Of a DNA stretch of 64,000 bases, positions 1-15,110 are shown one piece after another (the first letter of the stretch is position 1; each line of letters begins with the position of its first letter). The DNA lies in assembly GCA_951406725.2 (NCBI GenBank), contig OX597814.1:155992001-156056000 (forward strand). Direction: 5' to 3'. A model generated the notes under the pieces. It searched no databases. It saw nothing but the letters and a program-made list of their open reading frames with translations, and was not told the DNA's origin. The translations under genes and the position numbers were made by a program. Origin of the DNA: Octopus vulgaris. Taxonomy: Eukaryota.

Positions 1-271
1 ATATATTTATATATCCTAGTGTCATTGTCGCTATTCTTAACCGTACATGTTTTACTGTTTTGTGTTTTCTCTTCTCACATTTGCTAAGAAACTGTTTATC
101 GTGCTTAAAACTTCAACCATCTCTCTCATTCTCTCTCTCTTTCTCTCCCTCTTTCTTCCATTCTCGCTCACACACACGCACTTACACACACACACATATT
201 TCCCAACTTTATTCCTTCTAATATAGTAGCGCCAATATGTTCTTCATCCCTTCAAATATTTCAGCACAATT

Positions 272-810
272 ATGGTTCTAAACCATACTTCTACAAAACA
301 AAAATTTTCTTCGATATTCAACAAAATATTCACATGCAATGTAGACGCAACATGCAACGTAAATATCATACGTAATCCTGAATCACACAATAGTATAGAC
401 ACCACCGAGGGCAACCATCCGCGGAACCATGCCCTTGGTGTCTCTTCCAACTGCAAAGCGTCTCTGTTACTGCATATATCAAGAAACCACCATCGCGCCA
501 CATGGAGTCTAACATGAGCGGTATTTAATAGGAGTTTTCCAAATGCTAGACCTCACTACAGCCAATAGTATCCCCTGGATACGAAAATAACCTAAATAGG
601 CTCGCATCACAAAGCTTGGAACTTCTCTTCATGAAAATATTTTAGGCCCAACAAATTACTGACTCACTATAATGCATAAATAAACTACACACAAGAGTAT
701 TGCTTCCATATCAGGAACATTACTGCATCCTAAACAACATCGACGAAAGAGACAGTTTAAATCATTAATATTAAATCACTCTCAGCTACGCTCCAGCCTC
801 TGGCTTCCTT
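272..810 (+). mobile_element. Highly degenerate non-LTR retrotransposon ORF2 C-terminal relic
   Basis: Translation fragments NHALGVSSNCKAS (cf. QNxALRxITGC) and HSQLRSS at ~778-798 (cf. LxQLRSGH) resemble post-RT regions of LINE ORF2. There are many stops and frameshifts. Confidence 0.3.
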
Positions 811-1109
811 TTGCGCAGTTTTCTTTATCTTTTCCATCGCTACTATAATAGCCTTCGTAACTTATTTTTATTATTACTGCAACTGCCACCCCCATCTTAC
901 TCTTCCCACTGTACACAGTTTATCTTCCTCAAGATCTCAGCAATCTCCTCCTTACACATGTATTTTTTACAGGGATTGACTTGCTACAATTTAAACGAAA
1001 CATTAACAGCATCAGTTTCTCCAGCCTCGAATTGTGTGTTGTTATCGTGGGCAATGCCCCTTCACTTAGTATTGCAAGTTGTACAGCATCTATGGTAGTT
1101 AGGTTTTGC

Positions 1110-1129
1110 ATATATATATAAGTGATATA

Positions 1130-1173
<44 letters not shown>

Positions 1174-1221
1174 TATGTGTGTATATATATGTGTGTATAT
1201 AGATAGATAGATAGAGAGATA
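1110..1221. repeat. (TA)n/(GATA)n compound microsatellite
   Basis: Directly visible. Confidence 0.95.
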
Positions 1222-2234
1222 CATTACTTTACATTTTTTATTGACGACCAAATATTTTATTGATATTTTCCATATTATTCATCAGAGCTAATATGTATAT
1301 TTAATGTGTGAGTGTAAGTGTATTTATATTATACATAGTATAATACGTGTATGTGAGTCTGTATTTTGTGCTTTTATATAACTCGAATTATTAATATTTA
1401 TAAATATATGTTTGCATCTTTAGATTTTGAGTCAGTCTGAAATGGTGTATTCGTATGTGTATTTCAGTAAAATAGTGATTTATTTTGTGATGGAAATAAT
1501 AAAACAACATTTGTTGTGAATAAAATTTATATAAACTATAAAACATTCATAAATATTCGGATGTGAATTATCATCAGATACACAACAATAGAAAAACACA
1601 AATTTTCGATATGATTAAGAATAGATTCTTAGCTCTACCTTCAGGCGAAATCAACATCTTTCAGGTCTATTAGAGAAGTGTGATAGGTTACACTTGAGAT
1701 ATGAATATAAGAGGATGATGGTGATGGTGGTGGGGGGAGTGGGGGTGCGCAGGGTACTTCAGTGTTTTATTTTTTTCCTTCTCTTGAAATTATTCCGAAA
1801 TCAAATTGGAGTTTGATAGTCGTTGCCTGTAAATAAATTAATAGATCTATCTACATCTATACACATTCACTTCTATACTGTCGTGACATTTACTAAATGG
1901 CAAAGTAACGTATATATATTTTTTATATTTTTTAAGCTCTTTTGTATCGCATTTTGGTAAAATATCAGCGTTTTGCAGTTTAATGGAATTTTAAAAGCAT
2001 GTTACATTTTTATTCTAATCTGTTCATGTATATGCATATATGCACACACACACACACACACACACATTCATATATTCTTATATAAAAAAAAACACTCATA
2101 AGTACACATATTTTTTGTCTATATGAATATGTTGTGTATAATATATATGTACATACACATTTATGTATACATGTTACACAAACAAAAACACATTTATAAT
2201 CACGTATACAGAGATGGAACAGAACATCGTCGCA

Positions 2235-2840
2235 CGACGATGACGATTCAGTTACTCGATAAACTGAAATAACTGCTTCTGAATTCACGGAAGCGGTTGC
2301 GCATCCTACAGACATGTGTGAACTTAATGTAATTCGCAGGAAAAACTAGCGTTACCCGATGTGTAATACACTGTACCTTTAGAATAAGAGGTAAAATCAC
2401 CTAAACATCTTTGAAGTTTTCGTCAATCCAAGGTATGGCTGGACATGAGGCTATAGTAAATGTCATTTCCCCAAGATGTCGTTGATGGGAATAGTCCCGG
2501 GGAACTCATGTTTGTGAAGACAATTTCTCAACTATTCGACCAAACTATGCTTACAAATTCTAGCCGTCATATGCAAGCGTGTATGACCTGGTTTTTGTAT
2601 CGCACTTTCATTAATAGATTCTGATGCTTATGTAGAGACATGCAGGCAGAGATAGATACTATGTTAGTTCTTTCACTATTGACAGCAGTGGGTTATGGAA
2701 GATATGACTCTTGGAGGGAGAGTAAGCTGCGCCAGTAACTGATCTAATGTTGAATAGCCAAAGCAACGTGAAATGAAGTGCCTTGTTCAAGGGCACGATG
2801 CTCTGCAACGTTAAGGAACTGACCTGACGACCTTATGTAT
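2235..2840 (-). mobile_element. Cluster of degenerate SINE fragments
   Basis: 2235-2370 resembles the body of the SINE at 57942-58374 (cagacatgtgtgaacttaatgta vs cagacacgtgtattcttaacgtg). 2420-2550 resembles the head of the SINE at 40270-40688. 2750-2835 (gcaacgtgaaatgaagtgccttgttcaa) resembles the SINE at 40697-40954. Confidence 0.55.
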
Positions 2841-3641
2841 ATGAAACCTTTGGAATCCATTAATATGTATGCACATGTCCGGGCATGTATTAAGGGGTTC
2901 TATACGCCGATCCAATTCCCATTTGGCACCTAGGTACTTTAAACCGTTGTTTACCGAAAAGGAGAGTATATTTTAGATTGCAAAAGAAGATTATCTTAAT
3001 CTTGAAAAATGAAAGAAGTATTAAAAACACGGCATAAAGCATGTTATCCTATAGAATTCCATAAGGAAATGAAAGAGATGGAAATATGTGATGGGAAGAA
3101 AAGTAGAATGCTAAGACAAACTAGGATCTGAAGTAAATGCTGATGCCGGAAGTGAAGAAAAACACGACTGATCAAGACAGTGGTCAAGTAGAAAGAGTAT
3201 GGGATGAAAAGTATGGAATGCCAAAAGTGAGGGGCTTAAACGAAACAACGAGAGAAAACTAATAATAAAGGGTAAAGAAAAAGGCAGAGAATGGAGGGAG
3301 GAAAGGGTCGTAAAAAGGAAGGAAGAGTAGGGATATGCGAAAGGTGAGGAATGGTAGAGAAGGTTAGAGAAAAAACGAGAAGATAAGAGTGTGTAGAGAG
3401 AGAGGGGCAAAAGACGGACAGTATATAGTCGCATATACACACCACTGCTCTATTAGAATGTCCATATATTCGATTCGAATCCCTTTGTTTTATCTTGTTT
3501 CATTTTGTCATATCCCTACAATGCGATAATTACAACGTCACATACAATAAACGAGAATTTTAAATGCTGTGATTGTCGTCTAACGAACAAAACAATGTTC
3601 TTTGAGCCAGATACTTAAGCTTGAATACTTAAATACACGTG

Positions 3642-3644
<3 letters not shown>

Positions 3645-3707
<63 letters not shown>

Positions 3708-3748
3708 ATATATATATATGGATATATATATATATATATATATACATA
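3645..3748. repeat. (TA)n microsatellite
   Basis: Directly visible. Confidence 0.95.
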
Positions 3749-4662
3749 CAGCATGTGTTCAAAGAACAGAAGAGCATGTTGTTGTAGATACTATGAAATT
3801 TAATAGCCCTGATGGTTATGTCCTCACATCAGTTAATGGACTTCTTTATAATAAATCAATCTAAAATAGTCCATAAATTAGTTACATTGTTGAAAGATAT
3901 CGGTCAATGCCTTCTCCGGTTAACAACACTTCATGTTATTAATAAGACTTTCAGCTGCCGTCGTTTATGCGATGAAAATCCACAACTTTACTATCAACAA
4001 ATTATCACCGCCTGCTTTAAACAATTTAACATTAACAGCCATTTTACTGTATTGTTTTGATTTATTGTATCGCTTGTTTATTAAGAAATGGATGTATTCT
4101 GAAATTATCCAGGAAATTAATGTTTTCCACTGTAATGAGGAATGTTCTGTTCTAGCGATTAATTGGTGTATTGATATCATTGGTTCAATAAAGAAAGAAG
4201 GCTCAGTATATTTGTAACTACGAAACAATTCAATGTTGTTCGTAAGGCTGATAAATCACATCACACTGCAATGCAGTATTATGTTCTTAGTAGAATCCTC
4301 AGTTATTTTGCCCTAGATTTTTCATGGTATAAACTGAAAGGATTTCATATAGCTATACTCCAAATATTAATTTAATCAATCGATTGTATATGATTATACA
4401 AATACTAACTACATTACATTTATATATATTTGGTGTATAGTAGCTTATTGTGAATGATGCTGATTTCTTTATTTCCATATGATTCGGTGATGCACTATAC
4501 TAATTCACCAATTACTCGTACTTTGTTATGAAAGCACTTTTAGTCTAATAAGATATATCACCATGCTAGAAGAACCTGTCTCTACTGGCTTTTAAGTAAA
4601 TCGAATTACGATAAACTAAGCTAAATATATAGAAATTAGATTTTTAACTTTCAACTGTTGAC

Positions 4663-4889
4663 ATAACCCTTTAACACTTAAACAGACCGTATCTGGCCCA
4701 AATATTTTACGTGTTTTATTAACAAACTGGGTATCTCTGGCCTTTCATACTTACTCTTACAATGTCATTCTAAAAACAAACAGTCACACATCAAAATCCT
4801 GAATCTATACGATGATGCATGATTAATTGAAACAATGTGAATTAACAAGCTTTACATGTGACAGAGTATTTTGTATGACAAGGGGTTAA
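4663..4889. mobile_element. piggyBac-like MITE
   Basis: Ends ATAA-CCCTTT (4663) and AAGGGG-TTAA (4889) give CCC/GGG termini with a TTAA-type TSD (left copy mutated). About 220 bp, no coding capacity. Confidence 0.6.
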
Positions 4890-4990
4890 ATGTTGTCCGT
4901 AATCTATTAAAAGAATTTGAACTCATATGTACTGGAAATCCTAATATAACGTATAATACCTCCTTGCTTATAGTGTTAAATTGGACATTC

Positions 4991-5257
4991 CATTTGCATA
5001 TATTTACAACAAACTAAATTAGCAAGCAAAGGATATAAGCACATTTTATGGCAACGACAGATTATAATGGAGTTTTAGAAGTATTACGATTCCCACACCA
5101 ACCCACGCGTTTTGTTGTATTAAATTATACATTTGCATATATTTACACCTAGCTAAATTAAGCTATCAAGAGATATAAGAACAATTTACAGGACTGCCGG
5201 AATGCAACGTGTGGATATTTGATATTATTACAACTCCCACGCACACCCACACGTTTT
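4991..5257. repeat. Diverged ~139-bp tandem duplication
   Basis: catttgcatatatttaca at 4991 and 5130. Both units continue ...ctaaatta...gatataag...tcccac...acccac.cgtttt. Confidence 0.75.
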
Positions 5258-6267
5258 CGCTATTTACTTCTCTTCTATAAAAACACGTTTCGGCTAAATT
5301 ACACTAATTTTCCTTTTATATGTGATAATAGAGTGTCCCCTTAATGCTTGCACAGCACGACACAATGGTTTAAGCATTAATGTGCTAGCTACACCCTTTA
5401 CAAGCAAACTGAATTAACAAAGTCCACATTAAGTACAGTCCTTCATCAAATATGACGTATATTGCAACACAATTCTAGCTGCCACTAATTACATGCAAAA
5501 CAAATGTTTGTCTCTGCTCAAACTACCTGCCAATCATTCGAGCACACTCACACATTAAGAAATACGAGTAAAATATACTCATCAACTATAAATAATTCAT
5601 GCTTCAGCATAATGCATACATCAATATAAAATAATTAGAGAACCCCCAAAGAAACATATTTCGGCAAAAAAACAAAATTGCTATAACAAACAAACTGATA
5701 CGCTACCAAGAAGCTAGAAAAGATTACTCAAAAAGAAAGAAAAAAAAAACAGAATAAAATCACACCTCATAAATATATACGAAGAAGAAACATGAAGAAA
5801 AACAAACAAGGATATAACTTATGTTTATGCAGTCGAAATGATAAACCAAACAATAAATTCCTATGTATAATAAATTTGACATCATCATCATATCTGCACG
5901 ACTTCCTCATAGCAATGAAAAAAAGTGAATACCGTTATTAAGTACAATAGTGAAATTACCCAGATAAAGACTAAAAAAGAAAGAATGAAAACTAGAAAAT
6001 ACCATAAATGTAATTTCCATTTAAAGCAGTCTTTATTCTTAAAGTATCACCCACTTTCTTAATCAGTATTCACCAATAAGCATGGTAGCTATTCCTCTGT
6101 TGGCCCGAAACATCGGAATTTCTAGTCTCCTCGTGGTATACGAGTGTATACTTGAAAAAATGATTGTTTGTCGATGCTGTTCATTACTAGTGCCCTAAAC
6201 CCCTTTTTGGTTTTGCTCCTTGCATATAACATACATCTTTCCACCTATCTCTGTTGGTTTCTTTCTT

Positions 6268-6270
<3 letters not shown>

Positions 6271-6314
<44 letters not shown>
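6271..6314. repeat. (CT)n microsatellite
   Basis: Directly visible. Confidence 0.95.
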
Positions 6315-6318
<4 letters not shown>

Positions 6319-6534
6319 GGTAAAATGCATATAATTTTCAGGGAATTTTCGCAATTAACAGTAATAAACAGTATAGCACGGAGTGACAAGGTTGATATTT
6401 TTAATTACAGACACGCTCTGTACTGATTTTGTCAACGCTAATTCACACACAAGCTTCAGTCGACCCACGAAATTATTGCAGAGTCATTTGCCCAATATGC
6501 CATGCAGTGTTACAATCCATGTTACACATCTTTT

Positions 6535-6590
6535 AAGGGGATTAGGTTGCTACTTCTAGCAGATTAAGCGACTACTTTGAGACCCTATTA
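6535..6590 (+). repeat. Short dispersed repeat fragment (similar copies near 10115-10180, 25090-25160, 41055-41105)
   Basis: Shared core gatttggctgctatttctagcag...agcgac, recognisable in four places with substitutions. Confidence 0.5.
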
Positions 6591-6741
6591 TTTGTATCAT
6601 TAACTTATAATGAGTTCAGTTATCAAGGGTATTGTGTAGAATACGTAAACTGATATAAATTGTTTTATGGTTGATATGATTGAGGAATAGTGTATTAACT
6701 GTTCGGTCTTAGTGACAACCGAGAACATTATACTATCAATC

Positions 6742-6794
<53 letters not shown>

Positions 6795-9700
6795 GGTGAA
6801 TTTACTCCAATACTACTTATACCAGTCAAATGAAATGTAGTACATGAAGAGAGTTGATAACCTAGAACAGCAGATATTGTAGACATCTACTATCTTACGC
6901 TGCAAAATCTAAAAACATTTTGTTTCAAAACAAACCAGATCTACAAGCAATTATCTGTCATTTTTACAGTACGTTGGTTTTTCTAGAAGCGACAAAGAAT
7001 CGTTACTCTATAGGGTATCAAGGGAGATGAATATTTGAATTTTTTGAGAACTTTTCTTCGTTCTTTATGGATGTGAGAGCCTAAATCTGTGTAAATGTGT
7101 GTGTATGTATTTATGTGACACCCGCCCACCTATGTGCGTTTGTTTCGCCAAAATACACCCTGTGATTAATCGACCAACCCGAAATAGCAGTGACGTTTTC
7201 CATAAATCATATACCTTACTTTGAAGAAAAAAAAGTAAAAGTATATATGCAGACAGTCACATGTGTGCGTGTGTGTGTGTTTGTGTGGGTGTATTTATAT
7301 ATTTGTATTACTGCTTGCAATATATCCCCTACCATTTCGCTTTATTTACAAAAGTATGTCTACGTATGTTTAGTTTTATTTTATTTCCAAATGTGTACAT
7401 ACAATTAAACTTACATGTTTTGTGTACATCACAGTCTGTAGGTTTGTGTGTTAGTATTCAGTTGTGAGAGTAATGTGCAAATATGCATGTAGACCTGTGA
7501 CGTTATATATGTGTATCTATTCAAATGCAACAGAATAACGAATCAGTGAAAATTTCTTCAGAATGATGTTTCATTCAAATAAAACGACCAGATAATCGCA
7601 GTTTCAACAGGTGAATGTTACACTCTTGTAAAGAATACGTGAATAGTACACTTTCAGCTTATAATAGAAAGAAATTCAATTTCCCGTATGGTGTTCATGT
7701 AATTGTTTTGTGTTGTAGCTGTTGCTGTTACAGCAATATTTATTGTTTGGTAAAAGAGTTTCACAAACAAAGGTAGATAAATTAGTGAGCATGACAGGTT
7801 TGTGATTTTCATTTAGTGTTAATGTTCTGAAGTATAATACCTTAGCGTAGATGTAGTTCGGTAACACAATATTAGAGTGTTGCTGAGTACTCTTTGAAGT
7901 CTGTTCTAATATGTCATCTATCATGTTGGTGCTAATCTATTTTGCAAGGATGCAACTAAATTTCTATATTAACTATTTGATTTGTTACTTTAAAAGCAAT
8001 TATGTGATTTCGTCTGACAGTGAATGGACGTTGGAACATTGATCAAAATGTTACTGAAGAGACTCGATTTACTCTAACACTTTACATCTCTAAATCCAGA
8101 ATAGGCTAAAAGGCAATCGGATGCAAAATTACTAAAACACGATTTGCATGAAAATCAAAACCCAAGTTGGAATGTTCAAAGTATGGCACATTCATCAAAA
8201 ATCCAGCATGAAATAATGCAGTGAAGAAAATTGATAATAGCCAAAGAATGATATATTACTTCTATAAGTTCAGGACACAAAACCAAACGTGGTTCAACCT
8301 TATTCTGATCTCATTAACGAAGAGTAAACTTCTGAGATCTGTCGGAATAATGATATTACAATCATTAAATAAAGATATTAGAATGCATATTAGATTTAGA
8401 AACTGGTCGGCATACATAACTGAACACATTGCACTAACTTTGTAGGCATCAAACATCAGAAATACTCAGGCTTTTATTATTGTTACTCATTCTTCTGACA
8501 AATGGATAATTCTCCATAGTGCTTTAATGTTTAAATGAAAAAACACTTTTCCAAGAATCAATTTTTTGCACTTATTCTCTCGTTGAAGAAAAATTTCTTT
8601 ATTTTTCTTGTTATTGCTTTTGCTGTAAATTTTATGTTGCATTATTTTATGACTTATTGTACAGCATGAACACTTGAACCTTTTCTCAAATACTAACAGA
8701 AATACCAGGCGTTTCCTAAATAACGGTAGAAAGTAGTTTGCTTTAAGAACAAGCATCAAAGAAACAATTTAGCTGTAAACTTTATATACTACTTTGAATG
8801 CGTGCATGACGTTCCTTCATGGGCGATATTAGCAGTAAATGGTGTAATTTGGGATGCATATAGACACAGAGGATTTAATGTTTTAAAGAGTATACTTGGT
8901 GAGCTTGTTAGCAGTATGCTTAAAGGTTCTTGTCTCTCTCGAAACATTCCTTCATGAAGAGCTATTTCGCGAATTGAAAGAGACTAATATATAAAAACTA
9001 ATAACACAGTATTCGGTACTTTAACAAGGCATCCATGTTAAGTTGGATATAAAAACTACTTGTTGGTAATTCGTCTCTTTAAATGCGTGGTGCGTAAATA
9101 TGTCACCCCAGCAAAATGTGAAGAAGCTACTGAGAATACTTGCCTTTTATATATACAAAGAGGAGGGAGATAATTTTCTGAAATCGTGTTCTGAAATTGT
9201 TGTAGTGTTTTTAACGCATTTACAAAAGGACATTTGCTTAGCTGACATATTCTTGGTATGGTAGTTAACGTTTGTAAAGACAACATTTTTCTCAAATGTG
9301 CTGTAGGTATTACTTATTGTGCCCCACCAATATGTACGATGGTGGGCTGAAATGTTCATAGGCTGGCTATGGATGCGTGACGCCAAATCTGTGAAACTTG
9401 TGTGCCTAATTTGTACTTTTATTCATAACTGCCGCATTTTTTTCGTTTCTCTTTTGCTGGTCCTTTTATTCTTCTTTTATAATTTCAATGCATCTGGGAT
9501 GATTATAGAAATGTAAATTGAACCACAGGGAACATGTCACAGAAAATAATACAAGAAAAATAATTAAAATATGCTTAAAGCATTGTTTTATTTTAGTCAC
9601 TGAATAAATTATGATATCTTTACATTCAACTCACATACGTTGACTTGTCATTCTATACAAGCCATACATTATCAATTATTAAGAAATAGAAAAAATGTCG

Positions 9701-12700
9701 TTTGTTAAATCTCTTAAACTATAATTTATGTTATTTAAATGAAATTTGACAAATGTTTCATGTGACTACATGTGTTTAGTCCTGAGTAAAGATTGTTCCA
9801 TTTCTCTTGTGATATTTTTGTTCACCTGCAAATCGACTCCAGTACTTCACTATTACATTTATTTATCAGCTTCGAAAGAAGGGAATGTAAAATCGAGATT
9901 GCTGAGAATTAAACTTAGAAAATAAGGGAATGTAAATCGCGGGAAACATTTTATCTGATGTTCTAATGAAAATTTGAGCCGATCTACAACCAAATTTATT
10001 CCAACCATGGCAGTTCGAAGTTATTTTTTTCTTTTCTTTTCATCAGGCATGCTGAAAACTGGACATTATTCAATATATCTTCCATATAAAAAAAATATAT
10101 ACATATAATTTGAAGAAAGATTTGAATGCTACTTCAGACAGAGAGATCACTTGAACCATCCAAGTGATAAGAGGTTTTCTCTTCGAATCGTCGGTTGTAC
10201 TGCATAGATTTTAGTTACAGGGGGGATTGATTATAAAACAATCGTTTCTAAATTTATCTGAAACAAAGCCTACTGTTACTTATCGAGAAATTTCTTCAAC
10301 TATACCTTGGGACCTGTCGTCCTAAGTAATCAAATCATGAAAGTAGCAAGTCCAGAATATCTATGATAGTCGATTTCCTTCAGGAGGTCTGGCCTGGTCA
10401 GTCAGTGTTGACCAAAGCAAAATAATTACAAGAACCATCACAACGCCATCCGAATCCTCTGATTTAAGGCTCAGTTTTTTCAGTGTTAACAGGCAAGAAG
10501 ATTTATTTACGTAACACCCAATCATTTACAATCAGATTCCTTTTACGTAAAAAGTTGCAAAGAGACCCATTTATGCTATGAACTGCTACGAAATCTCACA
10601 CATATTACACACTAATTCCATAAGAAAGGCAGTATAGGTTTAGTTCTAACAAAATGGCAGCATGTTCATCGCTATAACACCTTGAGAGAATCTTCCTATC
10701 AAGGGTTAAACAACAAGAAATTTTAAAAAGTTTACAATGAAGCACATTTATCATTGCAATATTATAAATATATATGCACCTATTATTTTGTATCCTCGTA
10801 TAAAGAGTTTGACATTGACATTTTTCTGTGTAGTTTTAATATTTTTCCTGTGTATAATTCTGGAAGCTGCTCTATGGATAAATACTAATTCACTACACTC
10901 TGGATATAAATGAAGATGTTTTTCTTTGTTTCATTCGCTGTTCGCTACTCAAAAATTTCGCAAATTCTACTAACTACATAGAAATGTTTCAAGTTAAATC
11001 GTAGGGGAAAGGCAGTGTACCTAATCATCATATCCTTTGAATCCCACACTCCTTTAAGATACTGAGTTCTGCTTTTCTCCAATTAGAGATTGCTACGTTG
11101 CAGAACACAACAACAGTGAATCAATGTGTAAACTATAAGAAATAACGTTGCTAAATTTTTGTTCTGCATCGAATTACTCATAGCTTAGATAGTAAAAAAC
11201 TAATATACAGCGAAGTGGGATGGGAAACTTATTAAACAGAAGTACGTGATATTCACTCTTAAGGTTGGAAACGACACTCAAATTTATAGTCCAATGTTAA
11301 AACACCTGTGAAATATATGAGATGTTAAAATGCGCGCACACACACGCACACACACACATACACACACAGAGTAAGGACTATCGACACAAAGGGTGGTAGA
11401 AGACAACATGAGACGAACAAGTTTTAGCAAATGCTCTATTGCCTAAATGCTTAAAAAGAAGGGTAAGAGTAATTACGTTTAGGACATTAGACTTTCATCT
11501 GAAGATTTTATAGGAAGGCAAGTTAAGGTAGGAAAGTGAATGAGATGTTTTCCGTGGAAGGGAGGAAGGCTGAGGTGTGTGTACAAATTGGAGTTTGTCC
11601 GTGTATTGATATGAACATAGGTGTGGAATATTAGGAGCGTGGATGGTGAAAGCATAGAAGTAATCGTGTTGTGTATGAAGTGAGTTGACAGCAGGTGCGA
11701 ATGTGAGGTAAAAGAAGGGACAAAAAAATGTGAATGGTATAGTAGAAGGAATGTGTGTGTGTGGGGGGTGTAATAGTATGGATATGACATGCTATTGCTA
11801 TAGATATCAGAGGAGAAAATAGAGAAGAAAATAGAGATAGAGGAGAAAATAGAGAAAGGAAAAAAGAAAGCCATCGAAAGAAGAAATTATATTTGTTCAT
11901 CTTACATCCATTTCTCAATTTTAACATTTTAATTGCCTTTTATTTTCTACATTCCAACGATGTAGGAGGTAGCATTATTCCTTCGCAAGGAACCAACACC
12001 GTCCTTGCAGGAAGATTTCAAGCAATTAAAAATAGATGAGAGCACACACACGTATAGAAATTAATATCTTAAACGGTAGAAGTAAGAGAGTGACACAAGA
12101 GCCGAAACTACTGCAAATGTTGCTTATCAACATATATATAGAGAGAGATTGAATTCTAAGTAAAATCATCTCTGGATTATTCGTGAAAAATTGGAATAGG
12201 AGAATCATGTGAGAAATGCATATTTTCTAAATACTCTGCCCCTTAATCAGTTAAAGACATAAATTTACCAAAAACGCATTCATTTATTCTTTCAGTCAAG
12301 TATAGACATACTCATATAAGGACAAGTAATAGATCACCCTCAATTTCGATGAGAAGTAATCAATTATTCTAAACAAAGATTATTCATCATTAGACGAGTA
12401 TATAAGGGCTAACGTTCCACAGACAATGATACTCGTAAAATAATTTGAGCCAAACTAGCAAGAACCATTAATAATAACGGAATATTTTAGCAAAACAAAT
12501 TTTCAGACAGTTTCTGCTGATCCAATTTCACAAAGTTTGTGTCGAGCCTCAGTTTTGGTAACGACATTTACAAACCTTCTGCGCAGTGGTATACATCAGG
12601 AGATATCGTAATTGCGATATTTGGTCGTATGTCATAATGTATAATATGAAGCTCAATACTTATTAGTAAAGTATACATTAGCTTTTCCAAGAAGAAATTC

Positions 12701-13725
12701 TGACAATTACTTAGAATTTCGACTTGCTCATCGTCGGACTGAGCTATACACGGGTTATTCTTGCCATCATATAGACATAATGCGATTATAGTTACCAGGA
12801 TATTGTCAACCATGAAACATACATACATAAACTATGCTCTTAGTTCTTGTTACTATATGAGCATCCCTAGCCCGAAATGTATGCATCGCATACAGCTGGA
12901 TAGGTATTTGATATATTCACCTATCTGGAAAGATATATGGAGATATATTTATTACATACCTGTGTTTAAAAGAGCACGTATACAAGAAACTTCATTGCTG
13001 AGGTTGGAAAAGAGAATATTTAGGCACAAATTTTCTGAGGATATTATATTTTGTAACTGTAGAACTTTAGGAAATTGTAACAGAGTTTGTGACTGATATG
13101 ATATATTGTATATTGTTTGTATTGGAAGAGCAGCGAGAGAGATGAGAGATTACTGTGTTTTTCAGCGCGAAAAAGTTATCTTTGAAATGTCGTAGAACTT
13201 AGAAGAAACTGAGTTTGCAAGTAGAGACAAACTCAGAGTTACAATTCACCATTTGGATCTAATACAAAAGCAGCCTTTCTTAGATTTAAAGGTAGAGAGA
13301 TGGAAGGGCGTGTTTCTGCTTTGTATGGTTCTGAACGGAGCAATATTTTCTAATTAATGTTAAATGACTAAGTGTAAATGATATGTATGTATGCATCATA
13401 ATACATAAGTATATCACGCCATTCGCCTCATCAAAGCCACATAACATTATACTGCTGAATACAATACCATATTAATGCTCATACGAAGGTCACTGGACAA
13501 AAGGGGCCAATCCTAAGGACATAATCATAAAGGGTTTAAGTGCCAGTATTGTTCTATTTGTTTAATTTCAATGTTTTTTCCAATCCATGATATTCATTCC
13601 GGTTTTTGTTCTCGTATTTGAGACCAGTTGTGGGACCTTTAGGTCACCAATAGCAAAGAGCCTGAGCTATCATATTCATTTGGAGTCATGCCCGAAGATA
13701 TTGATTTTCCTCTCAATTTCATAAG

Positions 13726-13769
<44 letters not shown>

Positions 13770-14879
13770 ACTATAAATATTCTTAGGTACACTTTTTGAT
13801 TTTGTCATATACACATCGTGCGATTTCGGTGCAATACCCATACCACTTGGCCACACGCTTTCCCACGGCCACACGTGCGCGTGTGTCTGCTTTAAACTAA
13901 ACTATCTAATTTCCCACTAAAATACATTTATTATACGCACAATGAATTTGTTAATCTGTTGTCTAATTTTCTTAATTATGAATCGGGCTTCCATATTCCA
14001 TATATATGTGTCTCTTTATTTCTCGCTATCTATTTTCATGTATCTGTATATATTTGTGTGTGTGTATGTATGAATATATGTGCGTAAGGATTTATGTATA
14101 CATAACTGATATTCAATTTATTAATGAAAGCAACGACATAATGGATAGCTAGAGATTAGATATTGATTATAATTTTAGTACCTGATACTGGGGAAAATGA
14201 AGTAAAACTCTCGAGCACAACTAATATAGGGGACGGCTCTCAAAACCTATATACTAAACTCATCACTAGTGGGGGCATAACGAAAAATCTACGCATTTTC
14301 CCGACCAACGTAAAAGTAGTGATGGACGTAGCCCTAGATTTACAAAAATATATGGGCTGGTCATCATTCGAAATTGTCTCATCATGAATATATTGTATCA
14401 TATGTTACTTAGTGTTAAACAATAGCAACAATTCACTACCAATCAACAGAGTAAATAATAGTTAACGGCTTGAAACATTAACCATAAAACTACCATATGT
14501 AATCCCGTTCGATCCAATTTAGAAATATTATGTCTAAAGAAAAGGTTGAATGGTTTGAGCTTACTTAAAATGCGTTTAATTACAGGTCTGTCTAAACAAG
14601 AACAACAACTGAATGCTAATTGCATCATTTTCCGGCAAATATCTAAATTGTAGGGAAAAGAGGAAGTTGAAAACCTAAAAGATGTTCATTGGTATGAGAG
14701 ACGTAAGCGAAATGACAAAAGGTTAAATAGATAGTACAGCCTTCCTCTAATATGAATTCGCCTGGTATTGCTTTAGTAACAACGAAATAAATTTAGCATC
14801 AGAGCGTAAAGTGTCATTATTAAATACATCCAGACAATTTGTCCGTATTCTATCAATTCAGTCTCATAGAAATATTGAT

Positions 14880-15110
14880 TTCAAGCACTAGAATAAGGCC
14901 TCGAATTTAAAGGCTATGAATAATCGATTAAACTAATCTGCTATCCCAATCACACTCCCCAGCATCAGTACTTTACTGCTATTTTATTTTATCGACCCCA
15001 GAAAGATACTGGGTAAATTTGACCTCGGCGAGAATTTGGACTCTGGACAACATAAACGGTTGTAATTAAATATCGCGAGACGTTCAGTCCGCTGCCAAAC
15101 TAGTGCCATA
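14880..15110 (-). mobile_element. Degenerate tRNA-derived SINE (family A, Nin/Deu-like core)
   Basis: Reverse complement of the core gaggtcaaattt...ggggtcgataaaaataa, shared with the intact copies at 27111 and 38717. Confidence 0.65.

Noticed and set aside
1713-1754. G-rich tract as a potential G-quadruplex or promoter
   Set aside because: It looks like the decayed G-rich tail of a SINE or (GGT)n repeat, with no CpG island or other promoter evidence.
2950-3440. Purine-rich tract giving hydrophobic minus-strand ORFs (similar tracts at 11480-11900, 22995-23435, 35700-35920)
   Set aside because: Low-complexity AG/CT skew. The apparent transmembrane character is compositional.
8760-9400. Possible R4/Dong RT relic on the minus strand (GMFRE...SILFKTLNPLCL)
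   Set aside because: Similarity to GIFQGDSLSPLLF...LNPLS is too weak to call without a profile search.
13480-13720. Possible CR1-type LINE 3' end on the minus strand
   Set aside because: Only a vague motif resemblance, with no reliable frame.
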